Shown in pieces: positions 18,478 through 29,447 of a stretch of DNA of 64,000 nt (the stretch's first letter is position 1; every line of letters starts with the position of its first letter). The stretch covers positions 4,288,001-4,352,000 of the forward strand of contig OY760937.1 of NCBI GenBank assembly GCA_963664225.1, given 5' to 3'. The translations under genes were made by a program, and so were the position numbers. A model generated the notes under the pieces. The model saw only the letters and a list, made by a program, of their open reading frames with translations, had not been told where the DNA came from and did no database searches. Source of the DNA: Verrucomicrobiia bacterium (GTDB taxonomy: Bacteria; Verrucomicrobiota; Verrucomicrobiia; Limisphaerales; UBA1319).

Positions 18478-19691
18478 TCTTTATAACTGTGAACCGATTC
18501 GGCGATGGCCGGCGGTGGCACTTCGTGAATGGTCAGGGACTCCTTGAGGCGCGGATCGCGAATGGGATAGATCGGATGCCGGGCCAGATTTCTCAAAAAG
18601 ACGAATCCAAGCGCGCCGCCAATCCAGGCGCAGCACGCCATATCGGTCCAATGCCACGGAAATTCCTCGAGATGCAGGGGTGGCAGCACGTTGAAGGAAA
18701 TATCGACGAAGTGCATCAGCCAGAACCATCCGCACAGGGGAATCATCAGCCACAATTTGAGCTTGGCGTCGATCCTCAGCAGCAGCAGGAACGGCAGCAG
18801 GAAATGTCCAAACACCAGCACCATCCCGGCGGCCCACCACCAGCCCTTCTCGCGGGTGACATACCAGAAGGTTTCCTCGGGCAGATTGGCGTTCCAGATG
18901 ATGAAATACTGCGCGAAATGAATGTAGGCGTAAAAGACCGTGAACACGAGCATGAGCACGCCAAGGTCGTGCAATTGGCTGACATTAACCAACCCGCGCA
19001 ATGGACCGGTCGTGCGCAGCCAGACCGCCAGTCCATACAGCGTCGCCATGCCCAGCCAGGCGCAACCCGCAAAGTAATAGACGCCGAACATGGTTGAAAA
19101 CCACTGGAACTGGAGGGACTTCATCCAATCGATCGCCGCGATGGACAGAGTGAACGCGAACAAGTAGATCCCCGCGGCGGACAGCCGCCGCATCCTGTAG
19201 GTGAACTTGGCCTCGCCCGTTTTATCCTGCTCCAGGGACCAGTGGCGCAACCGCCAGGAAAGAAAGGTCCAGACCGCAAAACAGATTGCCGCGCGGATAT
19301 AAAAGAATGTGGGATTCAAATAAGCCGATTTGGCTCGAAGCCCCTCTCCGGCCGTTCCCGGATGCATCCAACCGTAAATATGTGGCGCGAGCAGGGCCAG
19401 CGGTAGGAACAAGGCCGCCATCGGCAGCGCCAGGAAGGCCATGTGCTCGGCCACGCGACGCATGCATACGGACCAATGGGAGTCGAATAAATGATGGACG
19501 ATGACAAAGAACAGGCCGCCGAGAATCACGCTCAGGAAGAGCATGAAGGCCAGGAGATAGGAGAAACCAAGCTGGCGGAGATTTGAGGTGGCGCCGATGG
19601 CCACGGCGATGCCTCCCACCACGGCGATGCCTCCCATCACCCGGCTCATCCGCAGAATTCCGCCCATTCCAGGTTGTAATTCAGGTTTCAT
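18474..19691 (-). CDS. actF: Alternative complex III subunit ActF
   Basis: Polytopic membrane protein; IDWMKSL..WFSTMFG, HDLG, YIHFAQYFIIWNANLPEETFWY. Confidence 0.88.
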   Translation of the reverse strand: MKPELQPGMGGILRMSRVMGGIAVVGGIAVAIGATSNLRQLGFSYLLAFMLFLSVILGGLFFVIVHHLFDSHWSVCMRRVAEHMAFLALPMAALFLPLALLAPHIYGWMHPGTAGEGLRAKSAYLNPTFFYIRAAICFAVWTFLSWRLRHWSLEQDKTGEAKFTYRMRRLSAAGIYLFAFTLSIAAIDWMKSLQFQWFSTMFGVYYFAGCAWLGMATLYGLAVWLRTTGPLRGLVNVSQLHDLGVLMLVFTVFYAYIHFAQYFIIWNANLPEETFWYVTREKGWWWAAGMVLVFGHFLLPFLLLLRIDAKLKLWLMIPLCGWFWLMHFVDISFNVLPPLHLEEFPWHWTDMACCAWIGGALGFVFLRNLARHPIYPIRDPRLKESLTIHEVPPPAIAESVHSYKE

Positions 19692-20302
19692 TTTTTAAGC
19701 GCCACTCGTTTTTCGGCTGGCACGTCATTCGTATCACCCAGGCGGGTGCGCTCCAGGGCGCGTATGTAAGCGATGATGGCCCAGCGATCCGTCACGGAGA
19801 CTTGCGAGGCATAGGGGAGCATCAGGTTTTTGCCATGGGTGATGGTGTTGAAAATCTCCCCGTCCGGCATCCGCACAATGCGCGCTTCGTGGTAGTTTCC
19901 CGTGCGCAACATTCCGTATTTGGTCGTGATTCCATTGCCATCGCCCGCGGCGCTGTGACACGGGCTGCAATAGACCGTGAACCGCTGACGGCCCCGGGCC
20001 AGCAAAACCTCGTTGAAGGGCAGCGGATTGGTTTCGACAAAATTCGTCGTCCCGGCAATCCGGCCTGTGGCCACCGGGTTGTCTTCGAGCAGGGCATCAT
20101 GCGAAACGGTTCCCGCCACCGGCAGTCGCGAGGTCGATTGGCCTTGGAAGAAGGCGCTGGGCTTCTGCGGGCGTAGCTTGGGCTGGCGCTTCATGTCGGG
20201 GAAGACTTCCAGCGGCGGCCTGCGGGACAGGCCGCCACGGATTCCCGCGATGCTGAGAACCGCCACGACCACCAATGCCATTGTGAGCAAAAAGTAACGC
20301 AT
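19688..20302 (-). CDS. actE: Alternative complex III monoheme cytochrome ActE
   Basis: FPDMKRQPK, PVAGTV, YCSPCH, DGEIFNTITHG, DRWAIIAYIRAL; start MRYFLL at 20302. Confidence 0.88.
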   Translation of the reverse strand: MRYFLLTMALVVVAVLSIAGIRGGLSRRPPLEVFPDMKRQPKLRPQKPSAFFQGQSTSRLPVAGTVSHDALLEDNPVATGRIAGTTNFVETNPLPFNEVLLARGRQRFTVYCSPCHSAAGDGNGITTKYGMLRTGNYHEARIVRMPDGEIFNTITHGKNLMLPYASQVSVTDRWAIIAYIRALERTRLGDTNDVPAEKRVALKK

Positions 20303-20309
20303 AACCGGT

Positions 20310-22310
20310 TCATTCCTTGACCAACTCAATCGCCCGCGACCCTGTGTCCTCGAGGAACTTTCGGGTTCGCGCTTCCTCATACTTCGGATCGGAGTGCTCG
20401 ATCAGGATGAAGAAACGATCGTGTGTGGCGCGCAAAAAGCGGGGACAATTGTGAATGGGATGATGCCAGCGGGGCAGTTTGTTCATGATCAACATACCGG
20501 CCAGGGATCCGATCGCTCCGAAGAGAATGGTCAATTCGTAGCTCACTGGAAAGGCGAACATCGGGCTGAACAACGGTTTGCCGCCAACAACCAGGGGGTA
20601 ATCGAAGGCATTCATAAACCAGATCATCAACATGCCTGTGGTGAAGCCCAGGACACCTCCCACAAATGTGAACCAGCCCACACCCGGATCGCGCAGGCCC
20701 ATCGCATTGTCGAGGCCGTGAATGGGGAACGGAGTAAAGACATCCCATTTGAGAAAACCGGCGTTGCGCACTTTTTCGGCGGCCTTCTTGATTTCTGCGG
20801 AAGTCTCGAATTCCGCAAGCAACCCATACGGTTTGTGGCCATCGTCCTCCACTGCGGCGGTCACTTTCAAAGTTTCCGGAATCGGGACTTCTTCCTTGAG
20901 ACGGGCCATCGGATGTTCCGGATCGCCTTGGGGCAGCACGCTTTTGACTTCGGCTATTGCGATCAACGGGACGAATCGCAGGAACAGCAGGAACAGGGTC
21001 AGAAACAAACCGAAGGTTCCGGCAAAGGTCATGATGTCGATGATGGTCGGCTTATAGTAACCCCAATTCGACGGAATGAAATCGCGATGGAGGCTGGTCA
21101 CCACAATGACGAAGCGCTCGAACCACATGCCGATGTTCACCGTGATCGAGAGGATGAACACCGCCACCATGCTGGCCCGCACCTTTTTAAACCAAAACAG
21201 TTGCGGCAGGAAAACGTTGCACGTCACCATCGTCCAATAGGCCCAGGCGTATGGACCGAAAGCCCGGTTTTTAAAGGTGAACAGTTCGTAAGGATTGCCG
21301 CTGTAGTAGGCTATGAAAAACTCCATCGAGTAGGCGTAACCCACCATGGAGCCGGTCGCCAGGATCACCTTGCACATGAGATCGACGTGCCGTTTGGTGA
21401 TGACTTCCTCCAGGTGACACAGCGAGCGCACCGGAATCAACAGGGTCAATACCATGCCGAAGCCTGAAAAAATGGCTCCCGCCACGAAATAGGGTGGAAA
21501 AATCGTCGTGTGCCATCCGGGAAGTTGTGACACCGAAAAGTCCATGGACACGATGCTATGCACCGAGAGCACCAAAGGCGTGGAGAGACCCGCCAGGAGC
21601 AGATAGGCCTTCTCATACCGGCTCCAATGGCGATTGGAACCGATCCAGCCCAGGGAAAAGAATCCGTATAGATATTTCTTGATGCCCGGCAGCGCGCGGT
21701 CCCGCATGGTCGCCAGATCCGGGATCAGTCCCATATACCAGAAGAGCAGGGAGACCGTAAAATAGGTCGAGACGGCAAACACATCCCACATTAACGGCGA
21801 GCGAAACTGGGGCCAGATGTTGTTGGAATTTGGGATTGGGAAAAGCCACCACGCCAGCCACGCCCGGCCAATATGAATCGCCGGGAAAATTCCGGCGCAC
21901 ATGACGGCAAAAATCGTCATCGCCTCCGCGCTGCGATTGACCGCTGTGCGCCATCGTTGGCGCAATAAAAACAGAATGGCCGAAATCAGCGTTCCCGCAT
22001 GTCCGATGCCGATCCAGAACACGAAGTTGATGATGGCCCAGCCCCAGGCGACCGGCCGGTTTACGCCCCACACGCCCACGCCCGTGGAGATTTGATATCC
22101 GATCATGGAAAAACAAATCACCATCAGAACGACGCTTGGGATAAAGGCGATCCACCACCAGAGCGGTGTGGGGCCTTCCGCCACACCCGCAATGGTATCC
22201 GAAATCCAGGCAAATCCCCGCATGTTCTGAACCAGTGGCTGACGTTCCAGCCCGGGTGGTGGGTCTTGAACCGGAACAATCAGGGCTGGAATGCGCGCTT
22301 CGCTGGACAT
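20310..22310 (-). CDS. actC: Fused alternative complex III ActC (NrfD-like quinol-oxidising subunit) and ActD (DUF3341-like)
   Basis: ActC motifs [60 protein letters not shown], continuing in frame into ActD motifs [41 protein letters not shown]. Confidence 0.88.
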   Translation of the reverse strand: MSSEARIPALIVPVQDPPPGLERQPLVQNMRGFAWISDTIAGVAEGPTPLWWWIAFIPSVVLMVICFSMIGYQISTGVGVWGVNRPVAWGWAIINFVFWIGIGHAGTLISAILFLLRQRWRTAVNRSAEAMTIFAVMCAGIFPAIHIGRAWLAWWLFPIPNSNNIWPQFRSPLMWDVFAVSTYFTVSLLFWYMGLIPDLATMRDRALPGIKKYLYGFFSLGWIGSNRHWSRYEKAYLLLAGLSTPLVLSVHSIVSMDFSVSQLPGWHTTIFPPYFVAGAIFSGFGMVLTLLIPVRSLCHLEEVITKRHVDLMCKVILATGSMVGYAYSMEFFIAYYSGNPYELFTFKNRAFGPYAWAYWTMVTCNVFLPQLFWFKKVRASMVAVFILSITVNIGMWFERFVIVVTSLHRDFIPSNWGYYKPTIIDIMTFAGTFGLFLTLFLLFLRFVPLIAIAEVKSVLPQGDPEHPMARLKEEVPIPETLKVTAAVEDDGHKPYGLLAEFETSAEIKKAAEKVRNAGFLKWDVFTPFPIHGLDNAMGLRDPGVGWFTFVGGVLGFTTGMLMIWFMNAFDYPLVVGGKPLFSPMFAFPVSYELTILFGAIGSLAGMLIMNKLPRWHHPIHNCPRFLRATHDRFFILIEHSDPKYEEARTRKFLEDTGSRAIELVKE

Positions 22311-22311
22311 A

Positions 22312-25300
22312 TCAATGGCCTCCCTTTTCTTCAACGCTGTTTGCAGGCTCGCCATGCAGACTCTCGTATTCGGCCCGGCTCAGGGGTTGCTCGTGGTAGT
22401 CGGGCATGCGCGGGTTTGGATTGCGAATCCGCGCCATATACGTCGTTCGCGGTTTGGTGTTCAAAAAGCCGAGCACCGAGTAATCCCGCGTCTGCTTTTT
22501 CAGTTGCGACACGCGGCTGTTCGGATCGGACACATCGCCAAATACGATGGCTTGCGCGGGACAGGCCTGCGCGCAGGCCGGCGTGATCGTGCCGTCGGGA
22601 ACGCGCACGTCGGGAGACGCCCCCGCCTTGATCTTCTGATTGATCTTCGCCTCTTCGATCCGCTGGACGCAATAGGTGCATTTCTCCATCACCCCGCGCA
22701 TCCGCACGGTCACATCGGGATTCTTGGCCATCTGCACCAGGTCGGGCATCCCCTTGTGAGTCAGCGGCCCCCAGTAGAGCTTGTCCAGGGGGCGCTGATT
22801 GAAGTCGAAGAAATTGAAACGTCGGACCTTATAGGGACAATTATTGGCGCAGTAACGGGTGCCAACGCAGCGGTTATAAACCATCATGTTGAGGCCCTCC
22901 TCATCATGCACTGTGGCGTTCACCGGACAGACATATTCGCAGGGCGCGTTCTCGCAATGCTGGCACAGCATCGGTTGATGGACGACCTGGGGATCGTCCA
23001 ACGTCAAATCCTCCTTGGCCACGTTGTAGTAACGATCAATGCGAATCCAGCTCATCTCCCGGCCGCGCGCCACCTGGTCCTTGCCGACAATGGGCACGTT
23101 GTTTTCGCTCTGACAGGCCATGACGCACGCCAGGCAACCGACGCATGCGTTTAAGTCGACGGACATGCCCCATTGGTGAATGCCCTTCTTCTCCGGGTAT
23201 CGATCCATCGGATGCTGGTAGATCGGACCCGCGTCCGGCGCGTGCTCCTCCAGTTTCTGCGCAAATTCGGGCTTCTGACGAAATAGGTCCAGATTGGCCT
23301 CGCGAACTATGGGCCGACCTTCCATGGCCCCATGCGACTGCGTGGTGGCCAGCGCATGAGTGCGTCCTGTGGCCTTCACGCGTGCGCCGATGCCGGAATG
23401 CGGTTCCAGCGAATCGCGAATGGAATAGGCATTGAAACCGGCGCCGTGGCCGATGCGTCCCGTGACACGCCGCCCATATCCCAACGGCAACCCAAGCGTG
23501 AAGTCCGCCTGACCGGGTTGAATCCAAACAGGCGCCTCGACTTTGCGCCCTTTCCATTCGATCTCCACGATGGGGGCATTCAGCTCCCCGCGTTCCTTGT
23601 TGACGTAAAACACACCCAACGCCCTGGCGGTGGTCACGCTCATGGTCACCGGGTTTTCCCAGGTCAGCTTGGTGATCGGATCGGGCAATTCCTGCAACCA
23701 GCCGTTGTTGTTGAAAGTGCCGTCGTTGACCGAATAGTCCCGATGAAAAACGATTTCGAGCCGGTCCTGACTCGGTGGAGCCGTTTGCGAAGCCTTGGCG
23801 CTGAATTGCAGAATGGCTTGAGTCACTTGCTCCCAGACGATGGTTTGTATCACCGGTCGGACCGCGCTCTCCTTCAAAAAACCGTCCCGCAGGAAACGCT
23901 GCCATTCCAGCTCGAAGCTGGATTCAGACACCAGGGACTTGAATGTGGCGCGAACGATTTCATTGGGATTGACCGTTTCGAGACCGGCCAGACGCGCGAA
24001 AAACTCAAGCTCCGTCAGTCCATCGAACAAAGGGGCAATGAGCGGTTGCACAGGGACGAGCGTGCCGTCGGACGAGCGCGCATCCCCCCACGACTCCAGA
24101 TAATGCGTGGCTGGAAAATGCCACTGGCAAAGCGCCGCCGTTTCATCCTCATGATAGCCGAGTCGAACGACTTCCTCGATTTTGCTTTGCGCGGCGCTCC
24201 AATCCAGGTCGGCCCCGGCCGTATAAGCGGGATTGCCCCCCGAAATCACGAGCGTCTTGACCTCTCCGGCTCGCGCCAACGCGGCTAATTCGGCGAGGCT
24301 CCCGCTCCTGGGTTCCGTGTAAGGCCGCATTTCCACCGTGGCGCCTTCATTGCCCAACGCACGATTGATCGCAATGACGAGCAAGTGAACCGCCTCGGGT
24401 TGACGTTCGCCGGCCACCACCAGACTCGCGCCGCGGTTTGCGATCAGATCGGCGGCGCATTCCCTGACCCACTCGGGTTTGACCCCTGGCGGCAGGGGAA
24501 TGGAGACCAGCGCCTTGAGAAATTCCTCCGAGCCGGTCACCGGACTCTGGGCGAAGATGGCCGAGGCCAGGCCCGCCGCCATGCCCCAGACGTTTCCTGA
24601 AGAAAGGCGCAGACGATGATCGGCATTTACACCGGTCAGCGTGAGTAGCGGTTCGACTGCATAAAGCCGGTTGGGGGTGTCGGTCGGCGTGGCTAATTTT
24701 CGGCCCTTGGAAAAATCCCGGATGCGCCGTGTGTCATCTTCAGGATTACCCAGAAAATCGCAATCCAGCGATACGATCACGCGGGCGCGATCGAACCGAT
24801 AATACGGCTCCACACCGACTACATCCTTACTACTTGAGGCAGTCGGGGTTCCGAAAGCCCGCATCGCAGCCGCCCGTTCTGCTCCCTGATCCACCGCTTG
24901 GTGCGTAAACCAGCGGGCCTTGGGCAGTTTTTCCCGAATGATCCGCTGCAATCGCGCGCCCGAAGGGGAATGCCCCAGCTCGGTTAAAAAGCAGAGGCCC
25001 TTGCCGCTGTCGGCCGCCACGCGGCGCGAGAATCCGGCCATGTAATCCAGCGCCGCCTCCCGTGCAATCGGCGTGCCCTTGTAGAGAAAACGAATCGCGC
25101 GATCCACGTCATACAGGTCGAGGATGGAAGCCTGCGCGAACCGGTTCGCCCCGGCGATTTCGAGAGGATGCCGGGAATTGCCCTCGATCTTGATGGGGCG
25201 GCCATCCATGGATTTGACGACCAGGGGTTGAGCGCCGCGCCGTCCGGGCATGGCGGTGGCGAAATACTGCGCAACGCCGTGGACATAATCCTCCGGCATT

Positions 25301-25551
25301 TTTGCAAAGGGATAAATGATTTCCTCTGGCCTTCGGCAACCGGTCAGTCCCAGGCCGGCCAACAGAAACGAAGCCGACATGATCTTGACGAAATGCCTGC
25401 GTGAAACCGGGTCGCTCCATTCGCTGGCTCCCTGGGGAAACTCCCGCTCGATCCACTGTTTGAACTCCGGGGTGTCCGCCAGTTCGTCCAGACCGCGCCA
25501 ATACCTGGGGCCGGACTGCGTATTCACAGTTGTTGGAGGCGTCCTTTTCAT
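22312..25551 (-). CDS. actB: Alternative complex III ActB (molybdopterin-oxidoreductase-like domain plus Fe-S domain)
   Basis: [11 protein letters not shown] motif SRRHFVK with lipobox [24 protein letters not shown]; Fe-S motifs [42 protein letters not shown]. Confidence 0.92.
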   Translation of the reverse strand: MKRTPPTTVNTQSGPRYWRGLDELADTPEFKQWIEREFPQGASEWSDPVSRRHFVKIMSASFLLAGLGLTGCRRPEEIIYPFAKMPEDYVHGVAQYFATAMPGRRGAQPLVVKSMDGRPIKIEGNSRHPLEIAGANRFAQASILDLYDVDRAIRFLYKGTPIAREAALDYMAGFSRRVAADSGKGLCFLTELGHSPSGARLQRIIREKLPKARWFTHQAVDQGAERAAAMRAFGTPTASSSKDVVGVEPYYRFDRARVIVSLDCDFLGNPEDDTRRIRDFSKGRKLATPTDTPNRLYAVEPLLTLTGVNADHRLRLSSGNVWGMAAGLASAIFAQSPVTGSEEFLKALVSIPLPPGVKPEWVRECAADLIANRGASLVVAGERQPEAVHLLVIAINRALGNEGATVEMRPYTEPRSGSLAELAALARAGEVKTLVISGGNPAYTAGADLDWSAAQSKIEEVVRLGYHEDETAALCQWHFPATHYLESWGDARSSDGTLVPVQPLIAPLFDGLTELEFFARLAGLETVNPNEIVRATFKSLVSESSFELEWQRFLRDGFLKESAVRPVIQTIVWEQVTQAILQFSAKASQTAPPSQDRLEIVFHRDYSVNDGTFNNNGWLQELPDPITKLTWENPVTMSVTTARALGVFYVNKERGELNAPIVEIEWKGRKVEAPVWIQPGQADFTLGLPLGYGRRVTGRIGHGAGFNAYSIRDSLEPHSGIGARVKATGRTHALATTQSHGAMEGRPIVREANLDLFRQKPEFAQKLEEHAPDAGPIYQHPMDRYPEKKGIHQWGMSVDLNACVGCLACVMACQSENNVPIVGKDQVARGREMSWIRIDRYYNVAKEDLTLDDPQVVHQPMLCQHCENAPCEYVCPVNATVHDEEGLNMMVYNRCVGTRYCANNCPYKVRRFNFFDFNQRPLDKLYWGPLTHKGMPDLVQMAKNPDVTVRMRGVMEKCTYCVQRIEEAKINQKIKAGASPDVRVPDGTITPACAQACPAQAIVFGDVSDPNSRVSQLKKQTRDYSVLGFLNTKPRTTYMARIRNPNPRMPDYHEQPLSRAEYESLHGEPANSVEEKGGH

Positions 25552-26198
25552 CGGTGGCACGTGTAACAATTTTGCGAGGAGTTGATTTTCCAATCATGAA
25601 CGAACTTCTGGCCCTGCGCGGTTTGCTTTTCGGGCGCATTGGTCCACGTCATGTTGAACACCTGCTCGGGCGGGCGAAGATTCGGCGCGGGATTGCGGTG
25701 GCAATCCAGGCAAAAAGCCATGGTCAAAGGTTTCTCGTGGCGCACTTCGATCATGGTGTTGATCTGGCCGTGACAGGAAACGCAACTCACCCCGCGGTTC
25801 ACATGCACCGCATGATTGAAATAAACAAAGTCGGGCGTCCGATGAATCTGCACCCAGGCTATCGATTCGCCGGATTTATAGCTGTCCCGGATCATCGCCA
25901 GGCGGTCATCGGTCGCCAGCACCTGGCTGTGGCAATTCATGCAGACCGATGGGGAGGGAATATTGGCATACCAGGAGCGCTCCACCCCCGTGTGGCAGTA
26001 ACGGCAATCCAATCCCAACTGGCCCACATGCGTGGCGTGGGAGTATGGAATTGGCTGAATGGGTTGATAGCCGACACGGGAATACTTGGGTGTGAAATAA
26101 TACCAGACTCCCGCGACCATCAAAGACCCGCTCACCATTAGACCGATGCCTACTTGCAGAGGCAGTCGGTTGAACCACCGAGGAAACAGGTTCGCCAT
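25548..26198 (-). CDS. actA: Alternative complex III pentaheme cytochrome ActA
   Basis: TM anchor, QPIPYSH, five CxxCH motifs (CRYCH, CMNCH, CVSCH, CLDCH, CYTCH). Confidence 0.92.
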   Translation of the reverse strand: MANLFPRWFNRLPLQVGIGLMVSGSLMVAGVWYYFTPKYSRVGYQPIQPIPYSHATHVGQLGLDCRYCHTGVERSWYANIPSPSVCMNCHSQVLATDDRLAMIRDSYKSGESIAWVQIHRTPDFVYFNHAVHVNRGVSCVSCHGQINTMIEVRHEKPLTMAFCLDCHRNPAPNLRPPEQVFNMTWTNAPEKQTAQGQKFVHDWKINSSQNCYTCHR

Positions 26199-26390
26199 TT
26201 AGGAATGATTATAGCATGAATTAATGAAGACGCAAATTGCAGTCACCGTTTTGTTAAATGGAAGGAACCAGGCTGTAATTGAGGAGGAGTCCGAGCCCGG
26301 TCAAGTCCCGTATTTTAAGCGGGCTTGCATGGGTGAAGAAGAAAGGGGAATCGGAGAACGCCGCGTGCGGGCCTGTCGATTCAGGGAAAT

Positions 26391-26418
26391 AAAAAAGGCG
26401 TCCCGAAGGACGCCTTTT
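26391..26418. terminator. Rho-independent terminator downstream of the prepilin gene
   Basis: AAAAAAGGCGTCC-CGAA-GGACGCCTTTT hairpin with A/T tracts on both sides. Confidence 0.8.
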
Positions 26419-26436
26419 GTGAAAAAACCACCGGAA

Positions 26437-27225
26437 TTAATTACCGGTATAACCGTGGAAGGGAACCGCCACGATGTTCGACACATCGCCCGAGTTCTTC
26501 AACGCGTCGCGGAGACGGCTGGTGCTCAACTGCTGCACGCTGCCATCACCCATGACCGCATTACCCGCGCTCTGATGAATCTTGTCAGTCCAGCCCGCGC
26601 CAACGCCTGTGGGCTGTTGGTTCGTGCCCAAGGCGACGATGATGCCCTTGAGAGGTTGAAGGACTTGCGAATTCGTGCTGATAAAGTAGGTCGATCCAGC
26701 AATGGTGTTATAAATATTGCGATCGCTGCCCAGAATCATCGAGGGGAAAGTCTCATCCCCGTTCAGACCCACCGTGTAGCTGATGTATTTGTTGCTCAGG
26801 AAGGGGACGCGTCCCGTACCCGCCGCGGCAAGTTGTGGGCTGAAATCCGTCGCTTCGAGAGCGTCATCCGAAGGGCAGATCACGATTTTCGGCGTGCTCA
26901 ACTCATTGGACATGGCCATATAATGCCAGAAAATATTGGCTACGCCCAAACCCGAAGGATTGCCCGGCGCCGTTACAAATTCCGAGGACCCACCCGCATT
27001 GGTGCTGATGGCCATCGGGAACCTGTCGCCGTTATCCGTGGCAAACACGCGATACGCCAGACCGACGTTCTTCAAGTTGTTAACGCATTTAATACGTTGA
27101 GCCTTGGCTTTCGCCTTGGCCAGCGCCGGCAGGAGCATGCCCGCCAGAATCGCGATGATCGCGATGACGACCAGTAGTTCGATGAGCGTGAACGCCCCGA
27201 CTTTCTTATTAAAGACTTTGTTCAT
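26437..27225 (-). CDS. Prepilin-type N-terminal cleavage/methylation protein with H-X9-DG motif
   Basis: [47 protein letters not shown]. Confidence 0.88.
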   Translation of the reverse strand: MNKVFNKKVGAFTLIELLVVIAIIAILAGMLLPALAKAKAKAQRIKCVNNLKNVGLAYRVFATDNGDRFPMAISTNAGGSSEFVTAPGNPSGLGVANIFWHYMAMSNELSTPKIVICPSDDALEATDFSPQLAAAGTGRVPFLSNKYISYTVGLNGDETFPSMILGSDRNIYNTIAGSTYFISTNSQVLQPLKGIIVALGTNQQPTGVGAGWTDKIHQSAGNAVMGDGSVQQLSTSRLRDALKNSGDVSNIVAVPFHGYTGN

Positions 27226-27255
27226 ATCACTTTTGTTTGGGTTAATGATTCGCTC

Positions 27256-27283
27256 AATTTAGACACTTTGATGGCAGTGTCAA
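27256..27283 (-). promoter_or_regulatory. Putative sigma70 promoter of the prepilin gene, overlapped by an inverted repeat
   Basis: Minus strand reads TTGACA-16 nt-TAAATT; palindrome GACACT-N8-AGTGTC overlaps the spacer and the -35 box. Confidence 0.5.
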
Positions 27284-27766
27284 AATTATTTTGCGCAATT
27301 TTCTTTAAGCAGCGACCGTGCCACCGCCTGCCCCGGAAATGGTAAAATCCTCAATTTGCGTTAATCCTTCGAAATGCTTCAAAAAAGCCCTGTTTTTCAC
27401 CTTATTGCGCCTCGCGCACGCGTTCATGCGCGAAGCCGACGCGTTCCATCGAGTCGAAAAATCCTCTCAGGAACCCTTCACGCATGCCGCGTGGATTCAA
27501 CACCCTTATTTTGGCGTTTTTTGAGCATCGAATGCGGGCCAATCGAAGTTTCTTCCAGAATTAATTACAAATCCGGGCTGAATCGGGTCTTGGTCTGGAC
27601 CCGGGGCAGTTGCACTCCGTCGTTGGCGGATCCTGAAATTGCAGGCCAGGGACCGATTTCCGATGTCGGTCGGGTTTGGCGGATGGGATTGAACTCCAGA
27701 AAACCAGGAACACATGACCCGCAAGTGATCCCGCCGGTGTGAATTGCAGGCCGCCCTTCAACATAA

Positions 27767-27791
27767 AGGCCGGATCCAAAGACCCGGCCTT
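27767..27791 (-). terminator. Putative terminator after the nucleoside permease gene
   Basis: AAGGCCGG...CCGGCCTT hairpin about 25 nt past the stop codon. Confidence 0.55.
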
Positions 27792-27815
27792 GCTCCAGAT
27801 TTACCGATACCGTCC

Positions 27816-29267
27816 TTACGCTTTTGGCGTTGCGGGTTCTTCCTTATATTGGAAAAGAAGCGCAAAGATGGCCATGATCACCAAGGCGCCGACAGCAGGC
27901 AGCAACCAGATCTTTTCATAACGGCTCAAGGGGCGTGTGAGAGCGCTCAGTGGCTGCGTAACCGTTTGTCCGGATGGTAGATATACACCGTCTGCCTTTT
28001 TAAAGGCTTCCAGGGTGGCCACGGCTGGTACGGCGGTGCCCGAGGCCTCCGCTTTGGTGTCCAGGACGGTTATTTTCCCGAAAGTCGCCACACCGTTGAC
28101 ATCCCACTTGGCGACATTCCCCACCGCCCAGCCGGAGGGCAGGGCCACGGTTTGAAACCGGGTGGGTTCGATATTGGGGAAGCTGTATTGTTGAACCACG
28201 ATGCCGGATAGGTTGGAGCCGACAAACATACCAGCCCCAAGCGTGACGAAGGCGATAAAGCCCTGCGCTTTGGCGCGAATGCTCTCCGGTGACTTTTTAT
28301 CCGTGTATATATAAGCGGTAACGAAAAAGAAGTCGTAACACGCGCCGTGGAGAACCAATCCAAGGTAGAGAGGCCAGAGGGCGCCGGTGTTGTAACCCAG
28401 GATGAACAGCAGGTAACGCAGTCCCCAGCAACACATTCCGACGACGAGCATGTATTTGACCCCCAGCCGGGCAAAAAACCAGGGCATGACGAGCAGAAAG
28501 AAGATTTCCGACATCTGGCCCATCGTCATCTTACCCGGGACATTGGAGACGTTCAGGTCTGAGAGGAATTGGGAGGTGAATGAAAAATAGAACGTCAACG
28601 GAATGCAAATTAGAAAGGCACTTAGAAAAAACATCGCAAAGGAGCGTTCTTTCAGGAGTTTCAGCGCGTCCAGGCCCAGAATATCGCGGACGGTCACAGG
28701 CTGGCCCGTGGTCTTGGGCGGTGTGTGCGGCAGGCTCAGGCAGTAAACGCCCATGAGGATGGAGACGATGCCGCCGATGTAAAAGGGTGTGGGGGTGGTG
28801 ATGGCTGTGACCCCAAGGGAACCAATCGCCAGACCGGCCACGATCCAACTAATGGTGCCCATGACGCGGATGTTCGGGAATTCCTTGCCCGGGTCTTTCA
28901 TCTGATTGAAGGAGATCGAATTGGTCAGGGCCAGGGTGGGCATGTAACAGAGCGTGTGGGCCACCAGCAGAGGATAAAAAGTCTCGAAAGTGAGCGCGCG
29001 CGCGGCCCCAAACAGGCATAAACCGCCCAGGACATGGAGCGCGGCGAGGATTTTCTCAGTGGAAAAGAAGCGGTCCGCCACCATGCCGACAAAGAATGGG
29101 GAGATCATGGCCGCAATGGCGGTGGTGCTGTAGGCCGAGCCGATCTGCAGGCCGGTGAAGTTCAGCGTGTCTTTCAAATAGGGCCCCATGGTCACATACC
29201 ATGCGCTCCAGATGAAATATTCGAGAAACATCATTATGGATAGCTGGATGCGCACCTTTGTATTCAT
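27816..29267 (-). CDS. MFS nucleoside:H+ symporter family (NupG-like) permease
   Basis: LSIMMFLEYFIWSAW, ISPFFVGMVADRFF, CYMPTLALTNS, FPNIRVMGT, GQMSEIFF, LHGACYDFFFV. Confidence 0.88.
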   Translation of the reverse strand: MNTKVRIQLSIMMFLEYFIWSAWYVTMGPYLKDTLNFTGLQIGSAYSTTAIAAMISPFFVGMVADRFFSTEKILAALHVLGGLCLFGAARALTFETFYPLLVAHTLCYMPTLALTNSISFNQMKDPGKEFPNIRVMGTISWIVAGLAIGSLGVTAITTPTPFYIGGIVSILMGVYCLSLPHTPPKTTGQPVTVRDILGLDALKLLKERSFAMFFLSAFLICIPLTFYFSFTSQFLSDLNVSNVPGKMTMGQMSEIFFLLVMPWFFARLGVKYMLVVGMCCWGLRYLLFILGYNTGALWPLYLGLVLHGACYDFFFVTAYIYTDKKSPESIRAKAQGFIAFVTLGAGMFVGSNLSGIVVQQYSFPNIEPTRFQTVALPSGWAVGNVAKWDVNGVATFGKITVLDTKAEASGTAVPAVATLEAFKKADGVYLPSGQTVTQPLSALTRPLSRYEKIWLLPAVGALVIMAIFALLFQYKEEPATPKA

Positions 29268-29447
29268 GCAAGTCAATGGGTTTAATTTGACCGCACCTTA
29301 TCTGGGAATATGTCCGGTTGGCAAGGAAGGAAAAAACTCTTGATCCCGCGCGGCGATTATTTAACCTGTCCGCCATAAGCTCTAACGAAGGTGAAACCCC
29401 GAAAGCGGTTTCTTTTACTGAGTAAAACCAAGTATCGAAATAAATAT

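Noticed and set aside
26224..27177. Long antisense ORFs (317 aa here; also 29415-30590, 20394-21467, 31438-32406)
   Set aside because: These are shadow frames opposite well-supported genes, expected from high-GC codon bias, and carry no recognisable motifs.
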